NCBI RefSeq assembly: GCF_001735745.1
Contig: NZ_CP017260.1
Span: 750,001 to 782,000, forward strand
Length of the DNA: 32,000 bases
Reading direction: 5' to 3'
Source: Formosa sp. Hel1_33_131
GTDB lineage: Bacteria; Bacteroidota; Bacteroidia; Flavobacteriales; Flavobacteriaceae
The notes under the pieces are model-generated. The model was given only the letters and a program-made list of their open reading frames with translations, made no database searches and had not been told where the DNA came from. The translations under genes were made by a program, and so were the position numbers. Positions 18,544 through 28,785 of this stretch are shown piece by piece. The first letter of the stretch is position 1. Each line of letters opens with the position of its first letter.

Positions 18544-20322
18544 TTACATACGCTCCGGAACTTGAATTCCCAACAAACTAAACGCATTTTTGATGGTCGT
18601 AGCAACGGCTTGTGAAAGCTGTACTCTAAATCTAATTTCAGCAGTACTCTCGGCACCCAAAATAGATACATTTTGATAAAAAGAATTGAATTCTTTTACC
18701 AAATCATAAGCGTAATTCGCCACTAAAGCAGGACTGTAATTAGCAGCTGCTTGCTGGATCACTTCTGGAAAAAGTTGTAATTGCTTGAGAAGTGATTTTT
18801 CTTTATCATGCAACGCATACTCTAAAGAAGTCGCGCCCTCTGTTTCTACAGGTGATTTTCTTAGAATGGCTTGAATTCGCGCATAGGTATATTGTATAAA
18901 CGGCCCTGTATTCCCTTGAAAATCTACCGAGGCTTGGGGGTCGAATAAAATGCGTTTTTTTGGATCAACTTTCAAAATAAAATACTTCAGCGCACCCAAG
19001 CCAATCGTTCCATAGGTTTCGGCTTTTTCACTGTCTGAATAGCCTTCTAGTTTTCCTAATTCTTGCGAAATATCTTTGGCGGTAGAAGCCATTTCAACGA
19101 TTAGATCGTCTGCATCCACTACAGTACCTTCACGACTTTTCATCTTACCGCTTGGCAAATCAACCATGCCATAGCTTAGATGTGTGAGGTTTTTAGCCCA
19201 GTCAAATCCTAATTTTTTTAAGATTAAAAACAAGACTTTAAAATGATAATCTTGTTCATTCCCTACAGTGTAAACCATTCCTCCAACATCCGGGAAATCT
19301 TTCAATCGTTGGATTGCTGTTCCGATATCTTGGGTCATATAGACCGCAGTTCCATCGGCTCTTAAAACTATTTTTTCGTCCAATCCGTCGGGTGTTAAAT
19401 CACACCAAACAGAACCGTCTTCTTTTTTAATAAAGACACCATTTTGAAGTCCTCCCTTTATAAATGATTTTCCTAATAAATAGGTTTGACTCTCGTAATA
19501 ATAGCTATCAAAATTGACACCTAGTGATTTATAAGTGACTTCAAATCCAGCATAGACCCATGCATTCATTTGTTCCCAAAGTGATACGACAGCGGTATCG
19601 CCGGCTTCCCACTTTAAAAGCATTTCTTTTGCTTCTAATAAGATAGGGGCTTGTGCTTTTGCGTCGTCAACAGAAAGTCCTTTTACTTCTAAATCTTTAA
19701 TTTCTTCTTTATAAACTTGATCAAATTTTACATAGTAATTTCCGACTAGTTTGTCCCCTTTCAATCCTGTAGATTCTGGAGTTTCATTATTGCCATACCG
19801 CTGCCATGCCACCATACTTTTACAAATATGAATACCACGGTCGTTGATGATTTGAGTTTTATATACCTTTTTGCCTGACGCTTTCAAAATTTCGGCTACA
19901 CTATACCCTAAAAGATTGTTTCTAACGTGTCCTAAATGGAGGGGCTTATTGGTGTTTGGAGATGAATATTCAACCATCATTGCCTGATCTGTTGAAGGGG
20001 TTACAAAACCAAAGGTAGGATTCGCATGTACGGTTTGAAAGAACGACATAAAATAGGCATCCGAAAGTACTAGATTTAAAAATCCTTTGACCACATTATA
20101 ACGTACCACTTCATCGACATGTTCACACAGATACGTCCCTAAATTTTCTCCCAATTCGGCAGGGTTCATTTTTATGGTCCGAAGCATAGAAAAGGTAACG
20201 ACGGTCATATCGCCCTCAAAATCTTTACGAGTTGCCTGAAATTCAACCGTTTCTAATGAGGTATTGTAGAGCGTTACAAACGCTTGCTTTATATGTTGTG
20301 ATAAGGATTCCTGAAGTGTCAT
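18544..20322 (-). CDS. argS: Arginine--tRNA ligase
   Basis: 592 aa. Class I HIGH motif (PLHLGHVRN), the ArgRS-type MKSREG loop, and a C-terminal DALR-like anticodon-binding region ending in M. Confidence 0.95.
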   Translation of the reverse strand: MTLQESLSQHIKQAFVTLYNTSLETVEFQATRKDFEGDMTVVTFSMLRTIKMNPAELGENLGTYLCEHVDEVVRYNVVKGFLNLVLSDAYFMSFFQTVHANPTFGFVTPSTDQAMMVEYSSPNTNKPLHLGHVRNNLLGYSVAEILKASGKKVYKTQIINDRGIHICKSMVAWQRYGNNETPESTGLKGDKLVGNYYVKFDQVYKEEIKDLEVKGLSVDDAKAQAPILLEAKEMLLKWEAGDTAVVSLWEQMNAWVYAGFEVTYKSLGVNFDSYYYESQTYLLGKSFIKGGLQNGVFIKKEDGSVWCDLTPDGLDEKIVLRADGTAVYMTQDIGTAIQRLKDFPDVGGMVYTVGNEQDYHFKVLFLILKKLGFDWAKNLTHLSYGMVDLPSGKMKSREGTVVDADDLIVEMASTAKDISQELGKLEGYSDSEKAETYGTIGLGALKYFILKVDPKKRILFDPQASVDFQGNTGPFIQYTYARIQAILRKSPVETEGATSLEYALHDKEKSLLKQLQLFPEVIQQAAANYSPALVANYAYDLVKEFNSFYQNVSILGAESTAEIRFRVQLSQAVATTIKNAFSLLGIQVPERM

Positions 20323-20342
20323 TGTCTATCTGATTTCAGTCA

Positions 20343-20350
20343 CAAAGATA
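20343..20350 (-). promoter_or_regulatory. Putative internal -7 promoter box (TATCTTTG) upstream of argS
   Basis: Exact TAnnTTTG match on the minus strand, 20 nt upstream of the argS ATG (20322), in the 42-nt gap after the CtlX-like gene. Confidence 0.45.
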
Positions 20351-20364
20351 CATTTTTTTTAATC

Positions 20365-21309
20365 CTAATTTGACGCTGTTTTAGGCAAAAACACTTCAGC
20401 CATCATGCAACGTGCGCTGCCACCACCACAAGCTTCTATCGTCTCTAAAGAACTTGATATAATGGTTGCATGGGCTTCTAACAACTGAACTTGAGCGGGT
20501 CGTAACGAATCAAAAGCTGACTGACTCATTACCAAATAGCTAGCGTCATCGGCATCCTTGAGCTGCAGCATGTTCCCTGCAAAATTATTGACTTGGTCCT
20601 CAGATATTTCAATGACTTTCTTTCCATCTTCATGAAGGTGTTTAAGAAGGTTCTTACGTTCTTTTTTATCATCAATACTTGCCAAACAAACCACTGCAAA
20701 GGTGTTTCCTAAACACATCATCACGTTGGTATGGTAGATGAGTTCGCGTTTGTCATTGACCGTTTGATAGGCTGAAAATACTACGGGAGTGTATTCAAAA
20801 TCTTCACAAAACTCGATAAACAATTCTTCATCCGCTCTTGCTGAGATTGCACAATAGGCTTTGCTATTCACACGATCCAACAGAATACTGCCGGTGCCTT
20901 CTAAATAAAAACCATCCGCTTCTGCTTCTGTGTAATCCACAACCGTTTCAATCTTGAAACCTTCAGTTTCTACAGCTTCTAAAATCGAGTCCTTACGTTC
21001 CAGACGTCGGTTTTCGGCAAACATAGGATACAATCCGATGGTGCCATTTTCGTGAAATGAAATCCAGTTGTTTGGAAAAATTGAATCGGGCGTGTCAAAG
21101 TCTTTAGTGTCGTCAACAACAATCACATTGATACCTGCTTTTTTAAGTTTTTTAACCATGCTATCAAACTCTTTCGCAGCCTTTGTGTTGACTGTTTCAG
21201 GAAGGGTGTTTCCTAAGGATTTTTGATAGAAATTGTTCACGGCTGTTTGTTCGTTCATACGAAATTGGACAGGGCGAATCATTAGAACTGTATTGGTAAT
21301 TTGTGACAT
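20365..21309 (-). CDS. ctlX: Arginine-deiminase-related / citrulline utilization hydrolase CtlX-like protein (guanidino-group-modifying enzyme superfamily)
   Basis: 314 aa. The C-terminal GGGSARCMMAEVF carries the catalytic-Cys context of the ADI/DDAH/amidinotransferase pentein superfamily. The N-terminus LMIRPVQFRMNEQTAVNN is typical of the arginine-deiminase-related family. Confidence 0.65.
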   Translation of the reverse strand: MSQITNTVLMIRPVQFRMNEQTAVNNFYQKSLGNTLPETVNTKAAKEFDSMVKKLKKAGINVIVVDDTKDFDTPDSIFPNNWISFHENGTIGLYPMFAENRRLERKDSILEAVETEGFKIETVVDYTEAEADGFYLEGTGSILLDRVNSKAYCAISARADEELFIEFCEDFEYTPVVFSAYQTVNDKRELIYHTNVMMCLGNTFAVVCLASIDDKKERKNLLKHLHEDGKKVIEISEDQVNNFAGNMLQLKDADDASYLVMSQSAFDSLRPAQVQLLEAHATIISSSLETIEACGGGSARCMMAEVFLPKTASN

Positions 21310-21310
21310 T

Positions 21311-22225
21311 TTAGTTTCTGTTTAAAGGAAGGGTTGAACAACGGAGTAAACCTCCTTGTTTTGATATTTCGGCATAAGGCACTTCTTCAACTGTAAATCC
21401 TTGAGCAACAAGCCAAGTATTTAAGCGTGTGAAATTTTGTTCGGATATCACAACATCCTCGGATATAGAAAATACGTTGCAATTCATTTGAGACATTTCC
21501 TCTTGAGTTGCTACAAAAACATTGTCTTTTCCGAAAAAATTAAGGAGCCACTCGTAGTCTGTTTTATTTAAAAACCCTTGATCATGAATCAGTGCTTTTC
21601 CGTGTCCTAAAGGCTGAAAACAACAATCTAAATGGAGTGCGTTTTCAAGCGGGTTTGAATTTGATTTGCGAAGCTCAAACGTTTTAACCGTTTTTAGTGG
21701 GAATAATTTTTGAATTGCTTCCGCTGCCTGAAGGTTGGTTCGGGCTGTAATATGGTCTGGATAATCGAGTCCAGAATAGACTCCAATAAAAATATAATCA
21801 TTTGATATAATAACATCACCACCTTCAACATGGCAGTCTTCTGGAAGTTCTATGATATCCTCTGGATTGATTTTTTCTAAAAGCGTTTCTAATGCTTTGT
21901 ACTCTTCGGCACGATCGGGAAGTATATTGGATTTAATAAATTTCGTATCGATGACAAAGGCAATATCACGCGCAAATATTTGATTGCAATTTTCGATGGT
22001 GTTTGGGCGAAAAACTTCAACATCATATTTTTGAAATACGGCTAGTACGGCCGACATTTCATTTTGCATATCTACTTCAGTTGGATAGGTTCCTGCTAAG
22101 ACGTGTGATAAGCTGTTGGGATCGTAACAACTTTCAGCAGAGGGTGTAGAGCCATTGTTTTGTGCCGTTCCAAAAAGAACCGCTTTCAAACGTGCATACT
22201 CGTTATTTACATGAAGTTTCAGCAT
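21311..22225 (-). CDS. Dimethylarginine dimethylaminohydrolase / amidinotransferase-family protein
   Basis: 304 aa. C-terminal GGLLRCSTLPL (catalytic Cys), an internal HLDCCF His-containing block and EGGDV, all hallmarks of the pentein superfamily. Confidence 0.7.
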   Translation of the reverse strand: MLKLHVNNEYARLKAVLFGTAQNNGSTPSAESCYDPNSLSHVLAGTYPTEVDMQNEMSAVLAVFQKYDVEVFRPNTIENCNQIFARDIAFVIDTKFIKSNILPDRAEEYKALETLLEKINPEDIIELPEDCHVEGGDVIISNDYIFIGVYSGLDYPDHITARTNLQAAEAIQKLFPLKTVKTFELRKSNSNPLENALHLDCCFQPLGHGKALIHDQGFLNKTDYEWLLNFFGKDNVFVATQEEMSQMNCNVFSISEDVVISEQNFTRLNTWLVAQGFTVEEVPYAEISKQGGLLRCSTLPLNRN

Positions 22226-22248
22226 TGTTTATGATCCTTTAGTAAGGT

Positions 22249-23535
22249 CTATTTTTTGGCTACAGACTTAAACGGGCGTAGTGTACTACCTGTATAAATT
22301 TGACGTGGACGACCAATTGGTTCTTTACGCAAACGCATTTCGCGCCATTGCCCAATCCAACCTGGGAGGCGTCCTAAGGCAAACATCACGGTAAACATTT
22401 CTACGGGAATACCCATCGCACGATAGATGATTCCAGAGTAAAAATCGACGTTTGGATATAATTTTCTATCAATAAAGTACGCATCAGTTAATGCTTCTTG
22501 CTCCAGTCCTTTGGCGATGTCCAAAATAGGGTCTTCGACTCCTAAATCGTTTAAGACTTCGTCGGCAGTGACTTTGATGATTTTAGCTCGTGGATCGAAA
22601 TTTTTATAGACTCTATGTCCAAAGCCCATCAATCTAAAAGGATCACTTTTGTCTTTGGCCTTTGCCATGTATTTTTTAGTATCTCCACCATCTTCTTTAA
22701 TGGCTTCCAACATTTCTAAGACGGCTTGATTAGCACCTCCGTGAAGAGGGCCCCAAAGCGCCGAAATTCCTGCTGAGATAGAGGCAAATAAACCTGCATG
22801 CGAAGATCCAACGATTCGAACGGTAGAGGTCGAACAGTTTTGCTCATGATCGGCATGAAGGATGAGTAGTTTATTTAAGGCATTGACCAAGACTTCGTTT
22901 TGGACGTATTCTTCATTCGGTTGCTTGAACATCATTTTCAGGACGTTTTCTACATAGCCTAAAGAGTTGTCTCCGTAATCTAATGGCAGCCCTTGTTTTT
23001 TACGCATGGCCCAAGCCACTAAAACAGGAAACTTCCCTAAGATACGTACCACAGAATTGTACATGTCCTTTTCAGAATCTACATTGACGGATGAAGGATT
23101 AAAAGCTGTCAGTGCACTTGTTAATGACGACAAGACTCCCATTGGGTGTGCAGATTTTGGAAATGCATCTATTATTTTTCTGATATCGTCATCTACAATG
23201 GATTCCGATTTAATGTCTGCATGAAATTTATCTAAGGCTTCTTTGGTCGGTAATTCGCCAAAAATCAATAAATAGGCAACTTCTAAAAAATCAGCTTTTT
23301 CAGCTAATTCTTCAATGGAATAGCCTCTGTATCTAAGGATTCCTTTTTCACCATCCAAAAATGTGATTTCACTCACACAAGAACCCGTGTTTTTAAAACC
23401 TGGATCGATGGTTGTAACTCCTTTGGTGACTGCTCTCAAGGAGCTGATATCAATAGCGACTTCATTTTCAGAGCCCGTAAATGTGGGGAGCTCATGTTTT
23501 TCACCGTTGATTTCTAAAATTGCTTTATTTGACAT
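22249..23535 (-). CDS. gltA: Citrate synthase (type II)
   Basis: 428 aa. GFGHRVYK signature, with catalytic His/Asp contexts (LHADHEQN, NVDFYSG). Confidence 0.95.
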   Translation of the reverse strand: MSNKAILEINGEKHELPTFTGSENEVAIDISSLRAVTKGVTTIDPGFKNTGSCVSEITFLDGEKGILRYRGYSIEELAEKADFLEVAYLLIFGELPTKEALDKFHADIKSESIVDDDIRKIIDAFPKSAHPMGVLSSLTSALTAFNPSSVNVDSEKDMYNSVVRILGKFPVLVAWAMRKKQGLPLDYGDNSLGYVENVLKMMFKQPNEEYVQNEVLVNALNKLLILHADHEQNCSTSTVRIVGSSHAGLFASISAGISALWGPLHGGANQAVLEMLEAIKEDGGDTKKYMAKAKDKSDPFRLMGFGHRVYKNFDPRAKIIKVTADEVLNDLGVEDPILDIAKGLEQEALTDAYFIDRKLYPNVDFYSGIIYRAMGIPVEMFTVMFALGRLPGWIGQWREMRLRKEPIGRPRQIYTGSTLRPFKSVAKK

Positions 23536-23701
23536 TTTTTGAGATGTATTATTTGTGCTTGAATAATGAGTAGCGAATTTACAAAAAAAAAATGTTTTAT
23601 CGAAGAAGCCTAAGAGGGAAAAAATCTGAGTGGTGTTCTGTTTTTAAAAATAATGTGTTTTACTGCAATTATTGTTGTGTTTGGGACTTTAAAAAATATC
23701 A

Positions 23702-23730
23702 CAAAAAAAGACTGCCTTTTCGGGCAGCCT
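23702..23730 (-). terminator. Rho-independent terminator after eno
   Basis: Minus-strand RNA reads GGCUGCC-CGAAAA-GGCAGUC followed by U7. It starts 26 nt after the eno stop. Confidence 0.8.
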
Positions 23731-23755
23731 ATTTATTTATCTACAAGTAAGTTGT

Positions 23756-25063
<1,308 letters not shown>

Positions 25064-25077
25064 TTATTTATAGTTTG

Positions 25078-25085
25078 CAAATTTA
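25078..25085 (-). promoter_or_regulatory. Putative -7 promoter box (TAAATTTG) for eno
   Basis: Exact TAnnTTTG match on the minus strand, 29 nt upstream of the eno ATG (25048). Confidence 0.5.
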
Positions 25086-25158
25086 CGAAAATGAATTTTT
25101 TTAGAATTATTCTCGAGTAGATTTATACGATTTATTAGCTAAAACGTTGTAGTAGCTG

Positions 25159-25193
25159 AAAAAAGGCATCTAATTTAATATTAGATGCCTTTT
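25159..25193 (-). terminator. Rho-independent terminator after carA
   Basis: Perfect inverted repeat AAAAGGCATCTAAT/ATTAGATGCCTTTT (14 bp, 5-nt loop). On the minus strand the stem is followed by T6. It starts 10 nt after the carA stop. Confidence 0.8.
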
Positions 25194-25203
25194 GAAACGT
25201 TTT

Positions 25204-26301
25204 TTATTTTAGATTTTGAATGAACTGGTCAAACAAATAAGAAGAATCGTGAGGTCCTGGACTGGCTTCTGGATGGTATTGTACAGAGAAACAGTTTTTA
25301 GACTTCATTGCAATTCCTGCAACGGTGTCGTCATTTAAATGCAGATGCGTCACTTCTAAATCGCTGTGCGCTTCAGCTTCTTCTCTATTGACTGCAAAAC
25401 CATGGTTTTGAGAGGTAATTTCTCCTTTGCCTGTCACAAGGTTTTTAACAGGGTGGTTGATCCCTCTGTGTCCGTTGTGCATTTTATAGGTAGAAACGCC
25501 ATTTGCCAAGGCAATCACTTGGTGTCCTAAACAAATTCCGAATAAGGGTAAGTTTTTATCGATGATGGTTTTTGCTAAAGCTTGTGCTTCCACCAAAGGT
25601 TCTGGATCTCCAGGTCCATTTGATAAGAAATAGCCATCTGGGTTCCACGAACTCAATTCTTCAAAGGTTGAGTTGTATGGAAATACTTTTATATAGACAT
25701 CGCGTTTTGCAAAATTCCGTAGAATATTTTTCTTAACTCCAATATCGAGGGTAGCGATTTTGTAGGTTGCGTTTTCATCTCCAAAAAAGTAAGGTTGTTT
25801 GGTTGATACTTTAGAGGCTAACTCTAGTCCTTCCATTTGTGGAATTTCAGCTAGCTGTTTTTTAAGACCCTCTATGTTATCCACTACGGTAGAAATGACA
25901 GCATTCATAGCACCATTTTCGCGAATATAGCTGACGAGTGCTCTAGTATCTACATCTGAAATTGCGAATAAATTATTTGAGTCTAAAAAGTCTACTAGCG
26001 AACCACTCGCATCGACACGAGAATAGTTATAGCTAAAGTTTTTACAAATGAGTCCCGCAATTTTAATGGAATCAGATTCCATTTCTGTTTCATTAACTCC
26101 GTAATTTCCGATGTGAGGGTTGGTTGTCACCATCAGTTGTCCAAAATAAGATGGATCGGTAAAAATCTCTTGATAGCCTGTCATTCCGGTATTAAAGCAA
26201 ACTTCTCCAAAAGCAGTTCCTTCTTTGCCTATCGCTTTTCCATAAAAAATGGTTCCATCTGCAAGAAGTAAGACGGCTTTTTTTCGTGTTGTGTATTTCA
26301 T
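25204..26301 (-). CDS. carA: Carbamoyl-phosphate synthase small (glutaminase) subunit
   Basis: GATase triad context GICLGHQ and HPE, plus an N-terminal CPSase small-chain domain (LLLADGTIFYGKAIG). I prefer ATG 26301 (MKYTTRKKAVLLLADG) to the TTG at 26331 used by the track. Confidence 0.93.
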   Translation of the reverse strand: MKYTTRKKAVLLLADGTIFYGKAIGKEGTAFGEVCFNTGMTGYQEIFTDPSYFGQLMVTTNPHIGNYGVNETEMESDSIKIAGLICKNFSYNYSRVDASGSLVDFLDSNNLFAISDVDTRALVSYIRENGAMNAVISTVVDNIEGLKKQLAEIPQMEGLELASKVSTKQPYFFGDENATYKIATLDIGVKKNILRNFAKRDVYIKVFPYNSTFEELSSWNPDGYFLSNGPGDPEPLVEAQALAKTIIDKNLPLFGICLGHQVIALANGVSTYKMHNGHRGINHPVKNLVTGKGEITSQNHGFAVNREEAEAHSDLEVTHLHLNDDTVAGIAMKSKNCFSVQYHPEASPGPHDSSYLFDQFIQNLK

Positions 26302-26338
26302 TATTTTTTGAAGTCTTGTAAGGTTTTGCAAAATTGCA

Positions 26339-26374
26339 CAAAAAAAAGGATAAACTAAAAAAGTTTATCCTTAA
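26339..26374 (-). terminator. Rho-independent terminator after the orphan secreted-protein gene
   Basis: Minus-strand stem AAGGATAAACT/AGTTTATCCTT with a 5-nt loop. The T7 run partly overlaps the stem base. It starts about 21 nt after the stop at 26396. Confidence 0.8.
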
Positions 26375-26395
26375 AATTTTAAATGCTTATTAACA

Positions 26396-27073
26396 TTATA
26401 GTGTATTATGGTAATTTAAAATCTTTTGAAGATATTTTTCATCTTTTAAAGAGATGTTATTTTCAGAAATATAAGCTCTAATAAGTTTGGATTTGGAATC
26501 GAAAAATTTACAAAACTGATTTTTAGTTAGTTTTGTTTCAGTTATCTTATCGCCGTTTATGAAAAAAAATCTCTTGACATCAACGAGTTTATCAGGAGCA
26601 GTTATCTGAGTCATAGGATTCTTAATTCCCTTTATAAGTTGTTTTCCATGATGTTTCAAAATTTTAATATCGTTTGAATACGCAAGAACTTCAAAATATG
26701 AATGCTTGATATCTTTGATGTTTTTGAATTTTTTGAATTTTTTATTATTTAAATGGACTTCTTTTATTCCAAGATCGTTGAACATGAAAATTGAATCTAT
26801 TTCAACTTTAACGACAAAGGCGTCGGCTTTGGTGTCATAATTCAATCCTGACACAGGAATAACTTTTCCATCATTATCAGTTAAATAGCCTTTGGAATAC
26901 CAGTTAGTCGATAAATAATAAGAGCCTTCAATTGTATTAGAAGTCCCTTTGTCAATTACCCACATTCCAGTGGTATAAAGGGACGTAGGGTCATTACCAA
27001 CTGTAGTGACATCATACTGCGCATAAGACAGTGTAGTGAATAAACAAAGTAGAAGGAGTTTAGAAAAATTCAT
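26396..27073 (-). CDS. Hypothetical secreted protein (no recognisable domain)
   Basis: The open frame runs to 27097, but Met at 27073 gives a clean signal peptide, MNFSKLLLLCLFTTLSYA|Q. The C-terminal half is rich in K, N and I. I recognise no family motif. Confidence 0.6.
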   Translation of the reverse strand: MNFSKLLLLCLFTTLSYAQYDVTTVGNDPTSLYTTGMWVIDKGTSNTIEGSYYLSTNWYSKGYLTDNDGKVIPVSGLNYDTKADAFVVKVEIDSIFMFNDLGIKEVHLNNKKFKKFKNIKDIKHSYFEVLAYSNDIKILKHHGKQLIKGIKNPMTQITAPDKLVDVKRFFFINGDKITETKLTKNQFCKFFDSKSKLIRAYISENNISLKDEKYLQKILNYHNTL

Positions 27074-27103
27074 AATGTTAAAATTTGGGTTATACAATTG
27101 TAA

Positions 27104-27137
27104 CGAAAAAAGGGTGAACTAAAAAGCTCACCCTTAT
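27104..27137 (-). terminator. Rho-independent terminator after rplQ (end of the alpha operon)
   Basis: Minus-strand RNA reads GGGUGA-GCUUUUUAGU-UCACCC followed by U6. It starts about 23 nt after the rplQ stop. Confidence 0.8.
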
Positions 27138-27159
27138 GAATTTAACACAAACTTAACGT

Positions 27160-27636
27160 TTACTCTTCCTCTTCTGAAGTTGTAGTCGTTTCAACAGCAG
27201 CTACTGGTTTAGCAGCGCCTCCTCTACGGCTTCTACGAGTCGTCTTTTTCTTAGGTTGTTTGTCGGCATTGTAAATTTCATTGAAATCTACCAATTCGAT
27301 CATTGCCATATCCGCATTATCACCAAGACGATTTCCTAGTTTGATAATTCGAGTATAACCACCTGGACGGTCTCCTATTTTAGTTGCAACACCACCAAAT
27401 AATTCAGTGATCGTTTCTTTTTGTCTTAGTCTGCTAAATACAATACGTCTGTTGTGCGTAGTATCGGTTTTAGACTTTGTAATTAAAGGCTCAACAAATT
27501 GCTTTAAAGCTTTTGCTTTAGCAACCGTTGTATTGATACGCTTGTGTTCGATTAAAGAACACGCCATGTTTGCTAACATTGACTTTCTGTGCGCTGTCTT
27601 TCTACCTAAATGATTTATTTTTTTTCCGTGTCTCAT
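27160..27636 (-). CDS. rplQ: 50S ribosomal protein L17
   Basis: 158 aa beginning [25 protein letters not shown], a canonical L17 N-terminus, with a basic/acidic C-terminal tail. Follows rpoA. Confidence 0.97.
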   Translation of the reverse strand: MRHGKKINHLGRKTAHRKSMLANMACSLIEHKRINTTVAKAKALKQFVEPLITKSKTDTTHNRRIVFSRLRQKETITELFGGVATKIGDRPGGYTRIIKLGNRLGDNADMAMIELVDFNEIYNADKQPKKKTTRRSRRGGAAKPVAAVETTTTSEEEE

Positions 27637-27697
27637 GACATTTTATTTAAACCTTATCTTGCATCAACTCGTTTAAGAGGCGCAAATTATAAAGTAA

Positions 27698-28690
27698 TTA
27701 ATCTTTATCTAATTTGTATTTACTTAAGTCCATTCCAAAGCTAAGGCCTTTTACATTGACTAACTCTTCGAGTTCAGTTAATGATTTTTTACCAAAGTTT
27801 CTAAACTTCATTAAATCGTTTTTGTTGAAAGATACTAGGTCACCTAGAGTATCAACTTCTGCAGCTTTTAAACAGTTAAGAGCACGAACTGAAAGGTCCA
27901 TGTCAATTAATTTAGTTTTAAGCAACTGACGCATGTGTAGTGATTCTTCATCATACGTTTCAGTTTGTGCAATCTCATCCGCTTCTAAAGTGATACGCTC
28001 ATCGGAGAATAACATAAAGTGGTGAATTAAGATTTTAGCTGCTTGTGTTAATGCATCTTGAGGACTAATAGAACCGTCTGTCTGGATTTCGAAAACTAAT
28101 TTTTCGTAATCTGTTTTTTGTTCTACACGAAAGTTCTCAACGCTGTATTTAACATTTTTGATTGGTGTATAAATAGAGTCTGTAAAGATTGTTCCTACAG
28201 AGGCAGCTGCTTTTTTATTTTCTTCAGCAGGTACATATCCACGTCCTTTTTCTAAAGTCAGTTCCATGTTAATGGTAACTTTAGGATCTAAATTACAGAT
28301 TACTAAATCTGAATTTAAAACTTGGAATCCAGAAATAAATTTCTGAAAATCACCAGCAGTAATTTTATCTTGACCAGAAATTGATATTGAAACAGACTCG
28401 TTGTCTACTTCATCAATTTGTCGCTTGAAACGTACTTGTTTCAAGTTAAGAATAATTTCAGTAACGTCTTCTACAACACCAGGTATGGTAGAGAACTCAT
28501 GTTCTACACTGTCCATTTTAACTGAAGTAATTGCAAAACCTTCTAATGAAGATAGTAACACTCTACGTAAAGCATTTCCAACTGTTAATCCGTATCCTGG
28601 CTCTAAAGGTCTGAATTCGAATTTACCTTCGAAATCAGTAGAGTCGATCATAATTACTTTGTCGGGCTTCTGAAAATTTAATATTGCCAT
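27698..28690 (-). CDS. rpoA: DNA-directed RNA polymerase alpha subunit
   Basis: 330 aa. N-terminal domain [11 protein letters not shown] and a C-terminal domain with the helix-hairpin-helix [10 protein letters not shown]. Confidence 0.97.
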   Translation of the reverse strand: MAILNFQKPDKVIMIDSTDFEGKFEFRPLEPGYGLTVGNALRRVLLSSLEGFAITSVKMDSVEHEFSTIPGVVEDVTEIILNLKQVRFKRQIDEVDNESVSISISGQDKITAGDFQKFISGFQVLNSDLVICNLDPKVTINMELTLEKGRGYVPAEENKKAAASVGTIFTDSIYTPIKNVKYSVENFRVEQKTDYEKLVFEIQTDGSISPQDALTQAAKILIHHFMLFSDERITLEADEIAQTETYDEESLHMRQLLKTKLIDMDLSVRALNCLKAAEVDTLGDLVSFNKNDLMKFRNFGKKSLTELEELVNVKGLSFGMDLSKYKLDKD

Positions 28691-28785
28691 AATTGTCTTC
28701 GTTTTAATTGTTAATTAGTTGCGCGATTTATAAGTTTGAAGACCACTAATAAATCCTTTGGCTAAATACCAATATAATTAATTTA

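Noticed and set aside
23536-23701. Multiple A/T tracts (A10 at 23583..23592, A6 at 23619..23624, T5A5 at 23641..23650, A6 at 23691..23696) in the 220-bp gltA upstream region, considered as phased DNA-bending elements or a small RNA.
   Set aside because: The spacings between tract centres (about 34, 27 and 45 bp) are not multiples of a helical turn. Only a one-mismatch -7 box (TAAATTCG) is present, and there is no hairpin or terminator for an sRNA. This is insufficient evidence.
26302-26331. The TTG-initiated extension of carA (MQNLTRLQKI).
   Set aside because: The track start is a TTG codon. ATG 26301 gives the conserved CarA N-terminus and leaves room for a promoter after the upstream terminator.
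27074-27097. The upstream ATG (27097) for the orphan gene, which adds MYNPNFNI before the signal peptide.
   Set aside because: It would start 6 nt after the rplQ terminator T-run and would bury the otherwise canonical signal peptide. It is kept as an alternative but is not preferred.
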